64,000 nucleotides of DNA from NCBI GenBank assembly GCA_004431415.1, contig QPMI01000066.1, positions 124,001 to 188,000 of the forward strand, given 5' to 3'. The DNA comes from Cyanophora paradoxa CCMP329. Taxonomy: Eukaryota; Plantae; Glaucophyta. Numbering within the stretch: position 1 is the first letter of the stretch; each line of letters opens with the position of its first letter. Below the pieces are notes generated by a model. That model was not told the DNA's origin. It worked only from the letters and a program-made list of their open reading frames with translations, and made no database searches. Made by a program: the position numbers and the translations under genes. Shown piece by piece: positions 10,706 through 22,700 of this stretch.

Positions 10706-12134
10706 ATGAGCACCCACATCTACACGTGCACGAGCGAAGACGCCGACGCCAGCTGCAGCTGTAGCTGCGCATGCAGCACGAGTATGGCGGCTGATCACGA
10801 TCAGCGAAAAGCCGACCCGCTTGCGCGCCTTGTTTCCATCTTTCGGCATCCAAGTGCCTTGCGCGCGCGCCGCAATGGGCGCCCTATAGCTAGATCTCAT
10901 TCGGGGAGGGAGGTACCGGTCAGCAGTGATCATATGCATGACTCTAGATCTCTCTTCCAAACGATGTGTGCGTACGTCCGACGGCCGATATATATACTTG
11001 CAATTGCTCATGATCAGTGGCTCGCGTACGTGCAGACGCCTCGACGACACTAGTACTGCAGCTGTGCGCCCGCGCCGGCGAGGCCGACAGCGATCGATCT
11101 CGCGAGGCTCCCGATCGCGATCGCGACGCGGAAGGCGGCGATGGCATCGGCCTGGACCTGCCGCCCTTCCACGGGGGGATGCGGGTCCAGTCCCTCCCCT
11201 CCATGTCCTCCTCCGACCCGGTCGCCGTCCCGCCTCCGAAGAGCTCAAGCTTCCCAAACCCGCGGTCCCTGTCCCTCGAGCTCGATCTGTCCGAGTCATC
11301 ACCCGGCGTTTCGTCCCTGGAGAGCATTCCCGAGGAAATTCCGGCCTCGAGCGCCGATCGCGAGTGCACGTGCGCGTGCACCTGCGCATGCACCAGCGCC
11401 TCGCGCCTCGCCTGCCGCATCCGATCCGCTGCGGAGTTCGCCTCATCCGGATCCGGCCCCGCGTCCCTCGCCTCACCCGTCGCGAGCTCCGACGTCGAAG
11501 CCCCCTGCAGCCCCGCCCGCGAAGAGGTACCGCAGTGGCCTTTAATTTCCCTTCGCTCATTTAAATGTGAATCTGTCTGATCGGACGCGTACGGGGCACT
11601 CTGGAAGGCGTCGACTCGCTCGGGCTCGTCCTCGCGCCGCCCCTCCTTCCGCGGCATCCAGGGGCTCCAGCTGGAGTCGGCCCTCGAGAAGGTGCACGTG
11701 ATCACGACCCGCGCGCCCGGCCCCGCCTCGAGCTCGGCCCATGTGCATGGCCAGCCCGCCGGCGTCCCCCTGAACTCTGTCTGTCTGGCGTGCTGGCGCC
11801 GGCCCGTATATATATGTCTAGATCTGATCGATTGGACGGCGCGCAGGCACGCTCCGTGCATATGTCCAGCGCCGCCTCGCGCCATACGGCCGGCGCCTTC
11901 GTCCAGGACGCGCAAGCGGAGCCCCGGCCTGAGGCCGGCGCCGGTATCGATCGCGACGCGCTTGCGCACCGGAGCCAGAGCTCGATCGCGAGCCGGCGGT
12001 CGGTCCACGGGCAGCTCTCGCGCACGCATCTGCACCCGCACAATTGCAACCGCTTCGACCACGAGCTGCTGGCCCCGACGCACGACTGGGAGGAGGAGAT
12101 CGCCCGCCGCCTGGGCACCGCGGTCCGCCTTTGA
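10706..12134 (+). CDS. Unrecognised Ser/Arg/Pro-rich disordered protein, paralog 2 (374 aa; exons 10706-10967, 11036-11526, 11608-11691, 11847-12134)
   Basis: Same intron positions and phases as paralog 1, open frame after splicing, same conserved blocks. Confidence 0.75.
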
Positions 12135-12289
12135 TCATGATCATGATTTGTACAGTTCAGAGTGCTTTATTTCGACTTCGACGCGTCCGAATCAATTTCG
12201 CTACAGTATTATGGTACTTGCAAATTTTGCATATTTTATATGTACCGTAGTATCTTAAGCCTTTCGATTTCTCGGACGCCCCTTTTAGA

Positions 12290-12403
12290 TATCGATCTAG
12301 ATCCATGTCACTGAGAGATCTATGTCGGATTTTAGATCTAGATCCATGTCACTGAGAGATTTATGTCGGACATCTCGGACGTCCATGTCACTGAGAGATC
12401 TAT
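12290..12403. repeat. Tandem repeat, three copies of TCCATGTCACTGAGAGAT(C/T)TAT, ~41-bp period
   Basis: Seen directly; only one related word at the homologous site behind paralog 3 (~50582-50605). Confidence 0.8.
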
Positions 12404-13017
12404 TTTTAGAGTCACATTTTCAGCATAGACATAGACCTAGATATCGATATGCGCGTACGTATACGTAGCTTTGTGAACTTATGGGATCCGGACATTGCAA
12501 TTGCCGATCGCTAGCTCTTGCTACGTATCATAGTATACCATTCAAGTGCACATATGCATATGCATGTCACAGTGTACATGTACAGATTGGCTATATCCGT
12601 ATTCAAATGCGTTTTTGATTTGTATGCAGGCGTTGTCACAGTGTAGTTGACGCGTACGTTGACAGTGATGAGTGCAGTCCGGCCTGTACATGTAGGCCGA
12701 GTACTAGTTATACTTTAGATTTCAATGAGGCCCTGGAGGTTTACCTTGTCAATTTTAATCATCTTGAGTCATGATTTGTCGCCTTCGTGAATCTTTTTTC
12801 AAAGTTTTATCGCAGTACACCGTGGCACGTAGACATGCGCTTGCCGGCGCCATGATGTGCTTTCCGAAGTTCTAGTGCAGCGTAGGAATTAGCGAGTGCA
12901 CGTGCGAGATAGCTAGCCTAGTAGCTAAATGCGTGCATACGCGAGTGCTAGATAGCTAGCTTTAGCTAAATGCGTGCATGCAGTTCAAGATATTCATAAT
13001 GAGATGTGTTCTTATCT

Positions 13018-13156
13018 TGTTCTGGTCTGAAGGAGGGACCATAAGGCACGTGCACGTAGTAGGATCGCACCAGAGACTGAACCGTGCCCCTGGGCGTTTC
13101 TAATACGTGCGTGGTACGCTCCTTGTACAGTATGGTCCCTCCTTCCGACCAGAACA
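13018..13156. mobile_element. 139-bp MITE with TGT...ACA ends and 4-bp TSD (Ginger/TDD-like)
   Basis: TIR TGTTCTGGTC(T/G)GAAGGAGGGACCATA, 25/26 match; ATCT on both sides; absent from the homologous flank of paralog 3 (~51340-51365). Confidence 0.85.
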
Positions 13157-13706
13157 ATCTAGATGTCGATCTAGATCTCGAGGTCTCGAGCTCGTGGATT
13201 GGGCCGGGGGATCCCGATATCGATCCGGATTCCGGAGTCTGCGAGTCCGTGCACGTGCGTCCCTGGGCCGGGCTCATTTTTCGCGGGCCTATATATTTCC
13301 GCGCTCAGTGAGTCGAATGTATGCATGATGCATGCATGCACCGACTTGAGGTCGCTATAGCTCGTCTTGCGGCTCGTTCTTCGCGGCTTGTTTTCCCTGG
13401 GCCCCTTTTTTCGCACTCAGTGGAGAGATTGAAAACACTCGGCCTAATCGAAGGGTGGATCATTGACTTCTCCGGAGTCCACCAGACTACAATCATTCTA
13501 CGGCTATACGAACAGCATCTAAAAAAAGGGTGTTCGATTCCTCTCTACTCTTCGAATTCGCGAGTCCGAATTCGAAGGTCACTGGAGATCTAGAGGCCTG
13601 ACGACAACAAACTACCGAAAGAGCGAAAAACAAGTTCTATCCTGCGCTTAATTCTGAACCGGAACGCCGGAAGGCTCGCCGGCCTTCTCCTCGGAGGCCG
13701 GCTGTT

Positions 13707-16700
13707 TCAAAAGACGTGAAGGAGGGAAAGCCAGAGGCAGGCGGCCGCGGCCAGGAGGGCCGCGGCGGAGCACCAGCGGACGCCCTCGCGGTCGCGGGCG
13801 GCGCTCGATCGCGAGGTGCTCGGCCCCGCGATCGCGCCGCCGGCGCCGGCAGTAGTGCCAGAGGAGCTCGCGAACGACGAGCCGGTGATATTCCCGCCAG
13901 CGGAGCGGAGGCTCTGCTCTAGGGCGGAGACCGGCTTGGCCGCCTGCGAGACCGCGATCATGAGCTCGGCGCACAAGCTTAAGCCCGAGCCGCGCGAGCC
14001 GCGCGGGCCGCACCTGGCTGATCTGGATGATGGCCGAGTTGCTGAGGCCCGAGTACTGGGCGGGCAGGTTGCCGGTGAGGAGCTCCAGGGAGCTGCCGGG
14101 CTGGATGTTGAAGCCCTGCCCCAGGTCTACGACGAGCGCCGGCGAGGTCTGCAGCAGGCCGCGGTTGCTCTTCGACGCCGGCGCCGCGATCGAGCACTTG
14201 GGCGCTGCGCGGGCCTCAGGCTTAGGCGGCAGACATCGGAATCGGCTACGAAAGCAGCGCACAGGCGCCGAGGAGGCTGATGGTGTCGGCCGTGAAGATG
14301 GCAGAACAGGGGATGGAGCCGGCGCCCGAGGGGAGGGTGTACTCGACGTCGAGCTCCAGGTTGAGCCTGCGCCCCGCCGCTCACGATCAGCCGCGCGAGA
14401 GCGCCAGGGAATCGCGGAGGAAGGGAGCTCGAGGGGCTCGCTTGTTGAAGGAGGACTCGTCGAACTTGGCGGCGCCGATGGATACGAACTCGCACGTCTC
14501 GGGGTTGCTGCGCGGGCCAGCTTTCAGGAGGGGGGAATGAAGGAGGGGGGGAGGTCGAGGGGGCCCACCAGGAGCCGATGTACTTGCACCACGAGTCGAT
14601 GTCCGCGGGGAACTGGCAACGGCCCGTCTCCACGCCGCACACTGGCGGACCCGTGCCGGCGCCGCTCAGCTCTCGGGAAGCCATGATCATGATCGAGGCG
14701 GGCGGGCTTGGGGGCACCCTGGCACGGGGAGCACTTGTAGCAGCTGGTGGCTGAGGCGGCGATGGCGGCGGCGGCGTCCGGGCCGCCCGTGCGGAACGCC
14801 TCCACAATCGCCTTCGCCTGAGCCGCGAAGAAGACGTTCTTGAACTGCGCAACGCGCGCGGCCCCGCGCGCATCGACGTCAGCGGCCGGGTCGGCGGAGG
14901 AGCTCGAGGAGGCGGCGGTAGGGCGCACAACGCCGGAGCCAGCGTTGGCGGTCGCGCGGTACTTGCTCCCGTCCGCGACGCGGGCGTCCAGGCCCACAAA
15001 GAAGCCTGCGGACCCCCGATGAGGGGAGGGTTTGATGGGAGGGCCGGGGTCGCGCACCAGCGCCCTGGCCGTCCGCCATTCCGACCTCGTTCTGCGCAAG
15101 GCGAGTCGGCACTGCAGCTTATCTTCCATTTCGCGGCGGCTCGGTCAGGGCCGGGGTCACCTGGATGATGACGGTGTCGTCGAGCTTGGTCGTGCCCTTG
15201 ATCAGCGCAAGGCCGCCGCCGTACGTGCCCCTGCGGCGCGCGCTGAGCCGGCCGCGAAATTAAAGCGAATTTCCACCGCGGGCCGGGCTCGCCTCGCGAC
15301 GTTCTGGAGGAAGACGCTCTCGCCGATTTCGAAGCGGGCGCTGCCGGCCTTCTCGGGCTGCGGGTCCACCAGCATGCCGCCCCCGATCTGGGCCGACTCG
15401 ATGTCATCGCCCTCGTACCACAGGAAGCCGGCCTGCGGATCCGAACGCGCAGCGTGAGCTCCAGCTCGACTCGGCGAGTTCGCCGAGATCTAGAGATTTT
15501 AGGACCAGAGGCGCACCGTGTTGTTGAAGATGACGTTCTTGCCGCCCGCGAGAGTGATGGAGTCCGCCGCGTAGATGCCGCCCCCGCCGAAGGCCTGGTT
15601 CCCGTTGAGGACGCACTCCTCGACGACCACCGGCGTGTTGGTGCCCATGACGGCGATACCGCCACCCTGCCCGACTCCGCCGGGCTGGCCGAGCGCCCGC
15701 ATGTCGATGTCTCCTGCGGAGTTAAAGTTGATGAGGCATTGTCGCAGCTGCACCCCGCCACCCTGCTCATGCGGTGAGAGGGGGAAAAGCGCGTAGAAAG
15801 GGCGCGGGGCCCGAGCGCACGTCGTTCGCGATGATCCCGCCCGGCAGGCCGACGCTCACCGCGCCACCCACCATCGCGCCGTTGAACATGAAAGAAGAAC
15901 TGCGCAGGAAACCATAGGGAATAAGTCGGGTGGTGCGAAAATGAGTGGAACGAATTCGAAGCTTAATCTGAGACGCGGGGCACGGGAAACGCGCACCTCT
16001 CGAATGAAGCCGTGCATCCTTGAGCGACGAGCGCGCCGCCGCCGGCGAAATAAGCAGCGTTCTCCTCGAACATAGTGAGCGACACGGTCAGCTTCGCGTT
16101 CGATCCCAGGCACGTCAGGCCACCGCCGGCTGCCCGAGCGTCACAATCAAGCAACCGCAGAGGATCTAGAAGTGGAGGGAGGGTTCGATTCGGCGCGCGC
16201 GGCGCACAATTCTTGGCGACGTTGAAGATGTTGCCGTTGTCGCTAATCAAAGTGGCCTCGACGCTCGCCGCCGCATTGACGACCGCGAGGCCGTCGCCGA
16301 TGGAGGAGGTGATCAGGCACTTCGAGACGGCGACGGGCGAGCCGGCCCAGATGGCGCCGCCGGAGTCGGCCTGGCGATCGCAAGAGCCCACGTCAGCGTG
16401 CAGCGCGGATCCGGACCGCAGAAGCGGAGGCGCCGGCGGACCATGTTGCGCCGGAACGTCGTGCCGACGATGGTGACCGTGGCGGAGGACTTGACGACGG
16501 CGATGGCGCCGCCGACGCGGTGCGCGGGGTCGTACTTGGAGAAGTCGACGGTGCTTGTCCCCTGCGAGAGGCGGTTGAGGTTCGGCGCCTGCGCCGTGTA
16601 GACGGCCGCGTCCGCCATCGCCAGGCCCGCCGCGTTCTCCAGGAACGAGCAGCCCGAGAACGAGACCTGTTCGGTAGTCAACGCGGACGCTCAGTTCGAC

Positions 16701-19700
16701 TAGCGAAGGCGATTTCGCACTTCTCCAGCGGCCATCTTCGCCTCCGAATCGGCTCCGACGCTCACCGCCCCGCCGCCGCCTTCCAGTGCCTCATTGTGGA
16801 AAAAGGTCGAATTTCCGAAGATCGCCGAGCTTTCGCCGAGCACGACGACTGCGCCGCCGTGCGTCTTGGCCTTGTTCTGCGAGCGGTCGATCGGTCGGTG
16901 GGGAGTCGGATGATGTGAGGGACTGGACAGGGTCGGGGAGTCGGACCTTGCTGAAAGTGCAGAAGAGGAACGCGGCAGACGCGCCATCAAGGAGCGAGAC
17001 GGCACCGCCTGATCGAGAGCGTTGCAACCCAGATCTAGAGCGACTGCATTCGCGACAGGAAGTCAAATGCGCGGACCCGAGCCAAAGCTGTTGACGTTCG
17101 TGGTGAAGACGACGGCCTTGACGACGAGGCCCTTGACCCCGCGGACGACGAGGGCGGAGCCCGAGGCGTCCTCGGGCGGCACGGCGACGCCGCCGACCTC
17201 GACCGTCGCGTCCCGCGAGCAGTTGGCGAGGTTGACGCCCATCGGCACGACGGCCGGCGACGCGTGCGAGACGACGAAGGCGGGGCCCAGGTTGTTGCAG
17301 CTGCGGGCGTCGACGCGTACGGCCGCGGATCAGCGGTCGTTTACCATCGAAGAGGTGCGGTTTGCGCACTAGAGCATTGTGTCGACTGCGCTGCCGGGGC
17401 CGCTGCTCAGCCCGCTCAGCGATCGGATCTGCGACGAGGCGATCGCGAGATCATGATCAGCGGACGGCGCCGCGAAAAACGAGTCGGAGAGAAGCGCGGA
17501 CCACGATGGAAGAGCCGGTCGCGCCTGCGGCATGTACAGGAGGAACCGTCCAAGGATTCGAAACGTTCTTCACGTACACGCCCGGCCTGAGGAAGATGCC
17601 GACCTGCAGGGCGCCTCATGATCAGCTTTTCGCGGCACCGATCTCGGGGTGCGCGTGGCTCCGACTCGCCTTGACGGGCCGCCCGGCCGCCGCGACGAAC
17701 TCGATCGCGAGGGCGCGCGCCGTCGACAGGCGATTCACGACGGCGGCGTCGCGGCCGCTCGCCGCCGTGTCGTTCTCGCTCGAGACGTCCACGACAATGT
17801 CGAGGTCGTACTCCGCCTCGCGGCGTACGTCGAGCACGACGGGCTGCGCCGGCGCGTCCGCCCCGCACGGCGCGGGCCCGGGCCCGGCAGCGGCGACGTT
17901 GATCGCGACGGGCGCGCCGGCGCGGAGGAAGGCGGAGACGCGGGTGCGGCCGCCCGCCTCGCCGCCGAGGAGCGGCGCCGAGCACGCGTACGGGTCGCAG
18001 GCGGCGGCCGAGCGGACGTCCACCACCGCTGCGCGAGCGCGAGCGCGGTCAGCCCCGAGAATTCTATCCGAACAAATTTAAGCGCGTCTTTCGTACCCGG
18101 GAAGGCGGAGGCGCTTGCGTCGAAGACGTAGACGCCCGTCTCAGTGGCGTTGAACAGGAACTGCACCGCGTGCGTCGCCGGGGCGGAGCAGACGAGGACG
18201 CCGGTCACGGGGTAGGAGCAGAGGTTCGGGAGCTCGGTGCGCCCCGCCGACGGCACGGCGACCTTGTGGTCGGGCGGGCAGCTCGACTCGCCTGCAGAAT
18301 TGGGAGCGTCGGCTCGAGCGAGCTTGCGATTCAGAGCAAAGCCGCCGCACTCGAGTCGGCGAGGGGCGAGCGGTACGTCCCCTCCGAGGGGGGCGTCGAG
18401 GCGAACTGCAGCGTGTTCGCGTCGCGCTGGGCTGCGCGGGCGCGGCTTAGGGACGGGGCGTGCACAGGGGAGCGGGCTGCTTGCTCGCCTCGCATTTGCG
18501 CTTGGATGGAGCCGGGCTCGTCGGGGATCGGGGCGAACCGGTCCAGCGAGCGATACGCCTCTGCATCCGAGCCCTAGGTCAGACCGCGAAAGGCCCCCGC
18601 GACGCGTTCGACGCCGCACCCGCGTCGAGCGAGGAGGTGGCGGTCAGGTCGGGGGGCGAGGGGGCGTAGTCGGCCGCCAGCTTGAGCGTCGGCTCGATGG
18701 GGAGGGGCTCGGTTATGATAAAGCCGTCGTCCGGGCCCACGTCGGGGGGCGGCTCGCTGCTGAACGACGTCTCGTCCGCGAGGACTGCAATTGGAGTTAT
18801 ATTAGTGCAGGTATCATCAGGGAACAAGAGAAAACAGGAGCGCACGCATGCGGCCCGAGCGGACGTGCGACTCGATGAGGGCCTCGACGGCGGCGGAGAG
18901 GGTGCGGCGGCGGCGGCGGGCGGCGAGCGGGTCCGTGGCGGCGTCGCACGGGTTGACGGCCTGGCTCGTGAGGTTGTTGTTGAAGGGGCAGAGGGCGAGC
19001 TCGCCGGCGAGCGACACGGAGATGTAGCGGGCCGGCTCGGGGCACGCGACGAGGACGTCGTCCAGCAAGTCTGCGGCGCGCGGGCGATCGCGAGCGTCAA
19101 CGGACGCTCGGACGTGACAGGCCGGGGCGGCGGAACCGCACCGACGGGGCACGTGGCCGAGCAGGGTCGGTCGTAGACAACAACCGTGTTGCTGCCCTCA
19201 GCCGTCGAGGAGTACCCCGCGCTCGTCACGGCGCCGAGCTGCGGCCGGCCGAGGGCTCTCAGGGGAGGCTCGCGATCGACTCGCGGCGAGCTCGCGCATC
19301 GATATCGCCCGGCTTCCGGACCGGAGCGCACCACAAAGGCGCGCTTGACAACGCGCTGCGTGGCGGACGTCGCGTTGACAAGGACGCTGTAGTACTCGCC
19401 CCCTGGGTTGACGGGTACGGTGAAGTAGAGCGGCTTGCTGCCCGCCTCGTTGCTCGTCATCTGAGGCGAGCGAAGTGAGCTGCGCGCTGCGAGGCGGAGC
19501 GGTTAGCCTCGCGGCGGACCTTCATCACGACCTGGGGGCGGCGACGAGGGGGGGAAAGGGAGGGGAGAGGGATCACATTTAGCGATCGCGAGGGCGAGGG
19601 CGGCGAAAACAAAACTGAAGGCACCGATTTCGCAAGGGCAGCCACGGCCCCGCCGTACCCGTCCCCTTGCGGGATCCAGGAAACCTGCCCATGCGAAGGG

Positions 19701-22700
19701 CGGCGGTCATGCGCGGCGGCGGGCGTCACGATCGCGGGATCGATGCGCGCGCACGTTGAAGAGCCCGCAGCTCAGGCGGGTCACAGAGAGCATGAAAGGC
19801 AGCGACGTGTTTCCGGTGACAAAGGCCCGGTGTGGGAGCCCTGCGCAAGACGCGTCAGCTGCATCCCAGCAAAAAATCAATTCCAAGCGTTCCACTGCGC
19901 ACCCGGCATCTGGAGGGAGAGGGTCTTCGCGTAGCCGGCGTAGAATGTGCAGATGATCTCGTCGGCGGCGCCCTTCGGCACGTTCGTGCAGGTAAGGCTG
20001 GCGTCCGGCAGCGGCTCGGGGATCCACCGCTGCACGTCGAAGCTGCGATCGCGGTGGAAGAATGAATCAGCAACGTATATACAATCACGTTCCAACTCGA
20101 GGGCAGGCGCCGGCGGGTCGTTCGCACTTGTAAACGATGCCTGAAGAGCGCCGGAGAGTCTGGAGCGTCAGCAGCCGGCTACAAGGAGCATTACAAGAGA
20201 TTGCACGAATTCGAGCACCCCCGAGGAGGCCTGGAATGCGGAGGGACATAACGTTGCCGTTCGGGGTCGGAATATCTGTTTCGCGGGCGGTAATATATCA
20301 ATGAGTACTCGGGGATAATTATAAGAAATAAGCCGATATTTGAATGCTGACAATCGTAGAACGGAGCCGATGCCGCAGGAGGCCGCGCGATGAGAGCCGG
20401 GTCGGGGCTCTGGGGAGAGATCGCCGATGAGAGGATGCAGGGGATAGTCGGGTGAAGGTTGACAACGCGGGCGGTCCCCGGCCTGCAAGGGCTCGGGACG
20501 GCCGTGGGCTCACGAGCCGGCGTGACGAGCGCCTGCGAGTGCACGTTATAATTAATGTTACGGATGAACTGGAGTGGTACAATGCCATATATACGAATAT
20601 CTAACCTGCCAGTAGGAAGGAGGGGAGTCGCCTGGGGTGTTCGTCCACGCGATCGTCGCCACAAACTTGCCGGGGTTCTCTGCCGCCACGACATCAATCG
20701 CGTTCTGCGGTGAAAGATGCGAGAAAACGACGTCGACGTCGACGGCGGACCTTTATCCGCCTCGATCGAGACGAGCGAGACCGAAGACGGGGCCTTCGGC
20801 GGCGCCGCTGCGCGGTACGGGTTGTCGGCGGCCGCTGTCGCGATCGCGCACCGAGACAGCTGCAGCGAGGCGCGCGCGCGCGCACGGAGCGTCTTGACGA
20901 CGGAGGAGCCTCCCTCCATCTTGCCGAGGTACTTCTGGTTGTCCGCTCGGATCGCCTCAAGCTCGACACCGTAGACTGTGGAAAAAAACGGAGTCATATC
21001 GCGGCGGCTCTGGAAACAGCGTCGAAGGGGCGGCCGCGCACTTGTCTCGGGCCGCAGGTTGGGGAAGCTCTGGCCGAACGTGATGCGGAAGTCGCTGGGG
21101 TCCAGCGGCGCCTGCACAGCGACGCCGGCGCGCGGCACGAAGCCGCTGTACGCGCGGCACGCGGCGGCGCGCTTCGCCGGGTCGTAGGTCATGACGAGGC
21201 CGCTGGTGCCGCCCTGCGGCCCGCACGCGTCGGCGGAGACCAGAGCGCCCGTCTCGGCCGTCGCGAGGCCCTCGTAGGAGAGCTTGGGCGCCGCGTCGTA
21301 CTCGGCCTTAGAGAGCTCCCGGAACGAGGCCGCGAAGAAGCGCTCCCCGACCTTGGCCTGGGCGTCCGACGTGCCGCCCTCCCGGATCGCGATCTGCGCG
21401 GGGCCGGGCGCGCGGTATCACGGCGAGGGCCGCAAAAGAGCCGCGCACGCGACAAGCGCGCTGCAGCTGACCCGGAAGGCGACAACGTCGTTCTTGAGAA
21501 AGTCCTGCCGCGGCCAGAACCAGCCGAACTCCAGCGCGTTCGAGCCCCTGGCGACCGAGCGAACAGGCTCAGAGAGAATCCGCGCAGATCTAGATCTAAG
21601 AAGCAGAACGAAGCGCGAATGTGCACCGGCGGGTCACTTTGGCGGTGAAGACCTAGAGCCGCGCCCCATGTCAGAGAGGGGCGTCCGAGGAGTAAACGGA
21701 ACAGCGCTCACTGCGGTCGTGCCGCCCGGGGCAGGGTCGGGGCATGTCTGGACCGACAGTCAAGAAACACTTTCAGCCACACGCGGCCCTCCCAACTGCG
21801 GACCTTCTGAACGATGACGATTTTATCCCAGGTGTTCTTCCAGATGGGGGACAAGCTGTCGAAGTAGTGGCTGTTCGCAGAAAAGAGTGATGATCAGGGG
21901 CAACGCGAGGGACGCAAACAGCCGGGTTTCGGCTTCCAAAATTCTCTCTGCTCACCCGGCAAGCCTATAGGACAGAGAAACCGGCAGCTTGATGACAGCT
22001 GTAACCGCGCGCACTCCACGTCAGAAAAGCTTGGGTGTCATAATTCATATTCGAAGCTGCAAATTAAACGCATGCGCACTGTCGAGCTTGAGGTTCGCTG
22101 AACAGGGCGCCACATCAGCGCAGGGCTAGGGAGAGCGGCGCGAAGCGGGATTCGCACCTGCGATGTACGGCACGAAGCCGAACCAGAGCTGCAGGCCTCC
22201 ATCGCAGCCAGCGCCGGTTCCAATCTGCCGAGAGCGCCAGCTCATGATCAAGGCGGAGAAACGCCGTGGCCAGCGAAGGACGCGAGTTGGCAGGAGAGTA
22301 AATTTTAAAGAGCGCGGAGGGGGATTGTAAGTTTCGATCGGAGGAGAAAGCTTTAGCTTGGGCGCGGAGGTAATTTTCGAGGTGGAAGCAAGGGTTCGGG
22401 CATGATGCAGAGCAGGGAGAGTGCGGGGGTCGAGGGGCGGGACTCACGGGACTCCAAGTGACGCCCATCTTGAAGTAGACTTGGACCTTTCGGTCGGCGT
22501 CGACGTCAGCCACCAGCGAGGCGGAGATCGATATCGGTCGGAAATTAAACCGACCGCGGGGGCCCTTCTCTTTCAACGGTATTCCACACAGATGTGGCAG
22601 AATCTAATTAAAAATCAACTAAATGATCACCTAATAAATTTACTTCATCGACATATAAAATGCCTCGATTTGCTTGCAATTGTGCTAGTTAATAAACCGG

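Noticed and set aside
12290-12403. CRISPR-like repeat-spacer pattern
   Set aside because: The spacers resemble each other, there are only three units, the context is eukaryotic and no cas genes are present.
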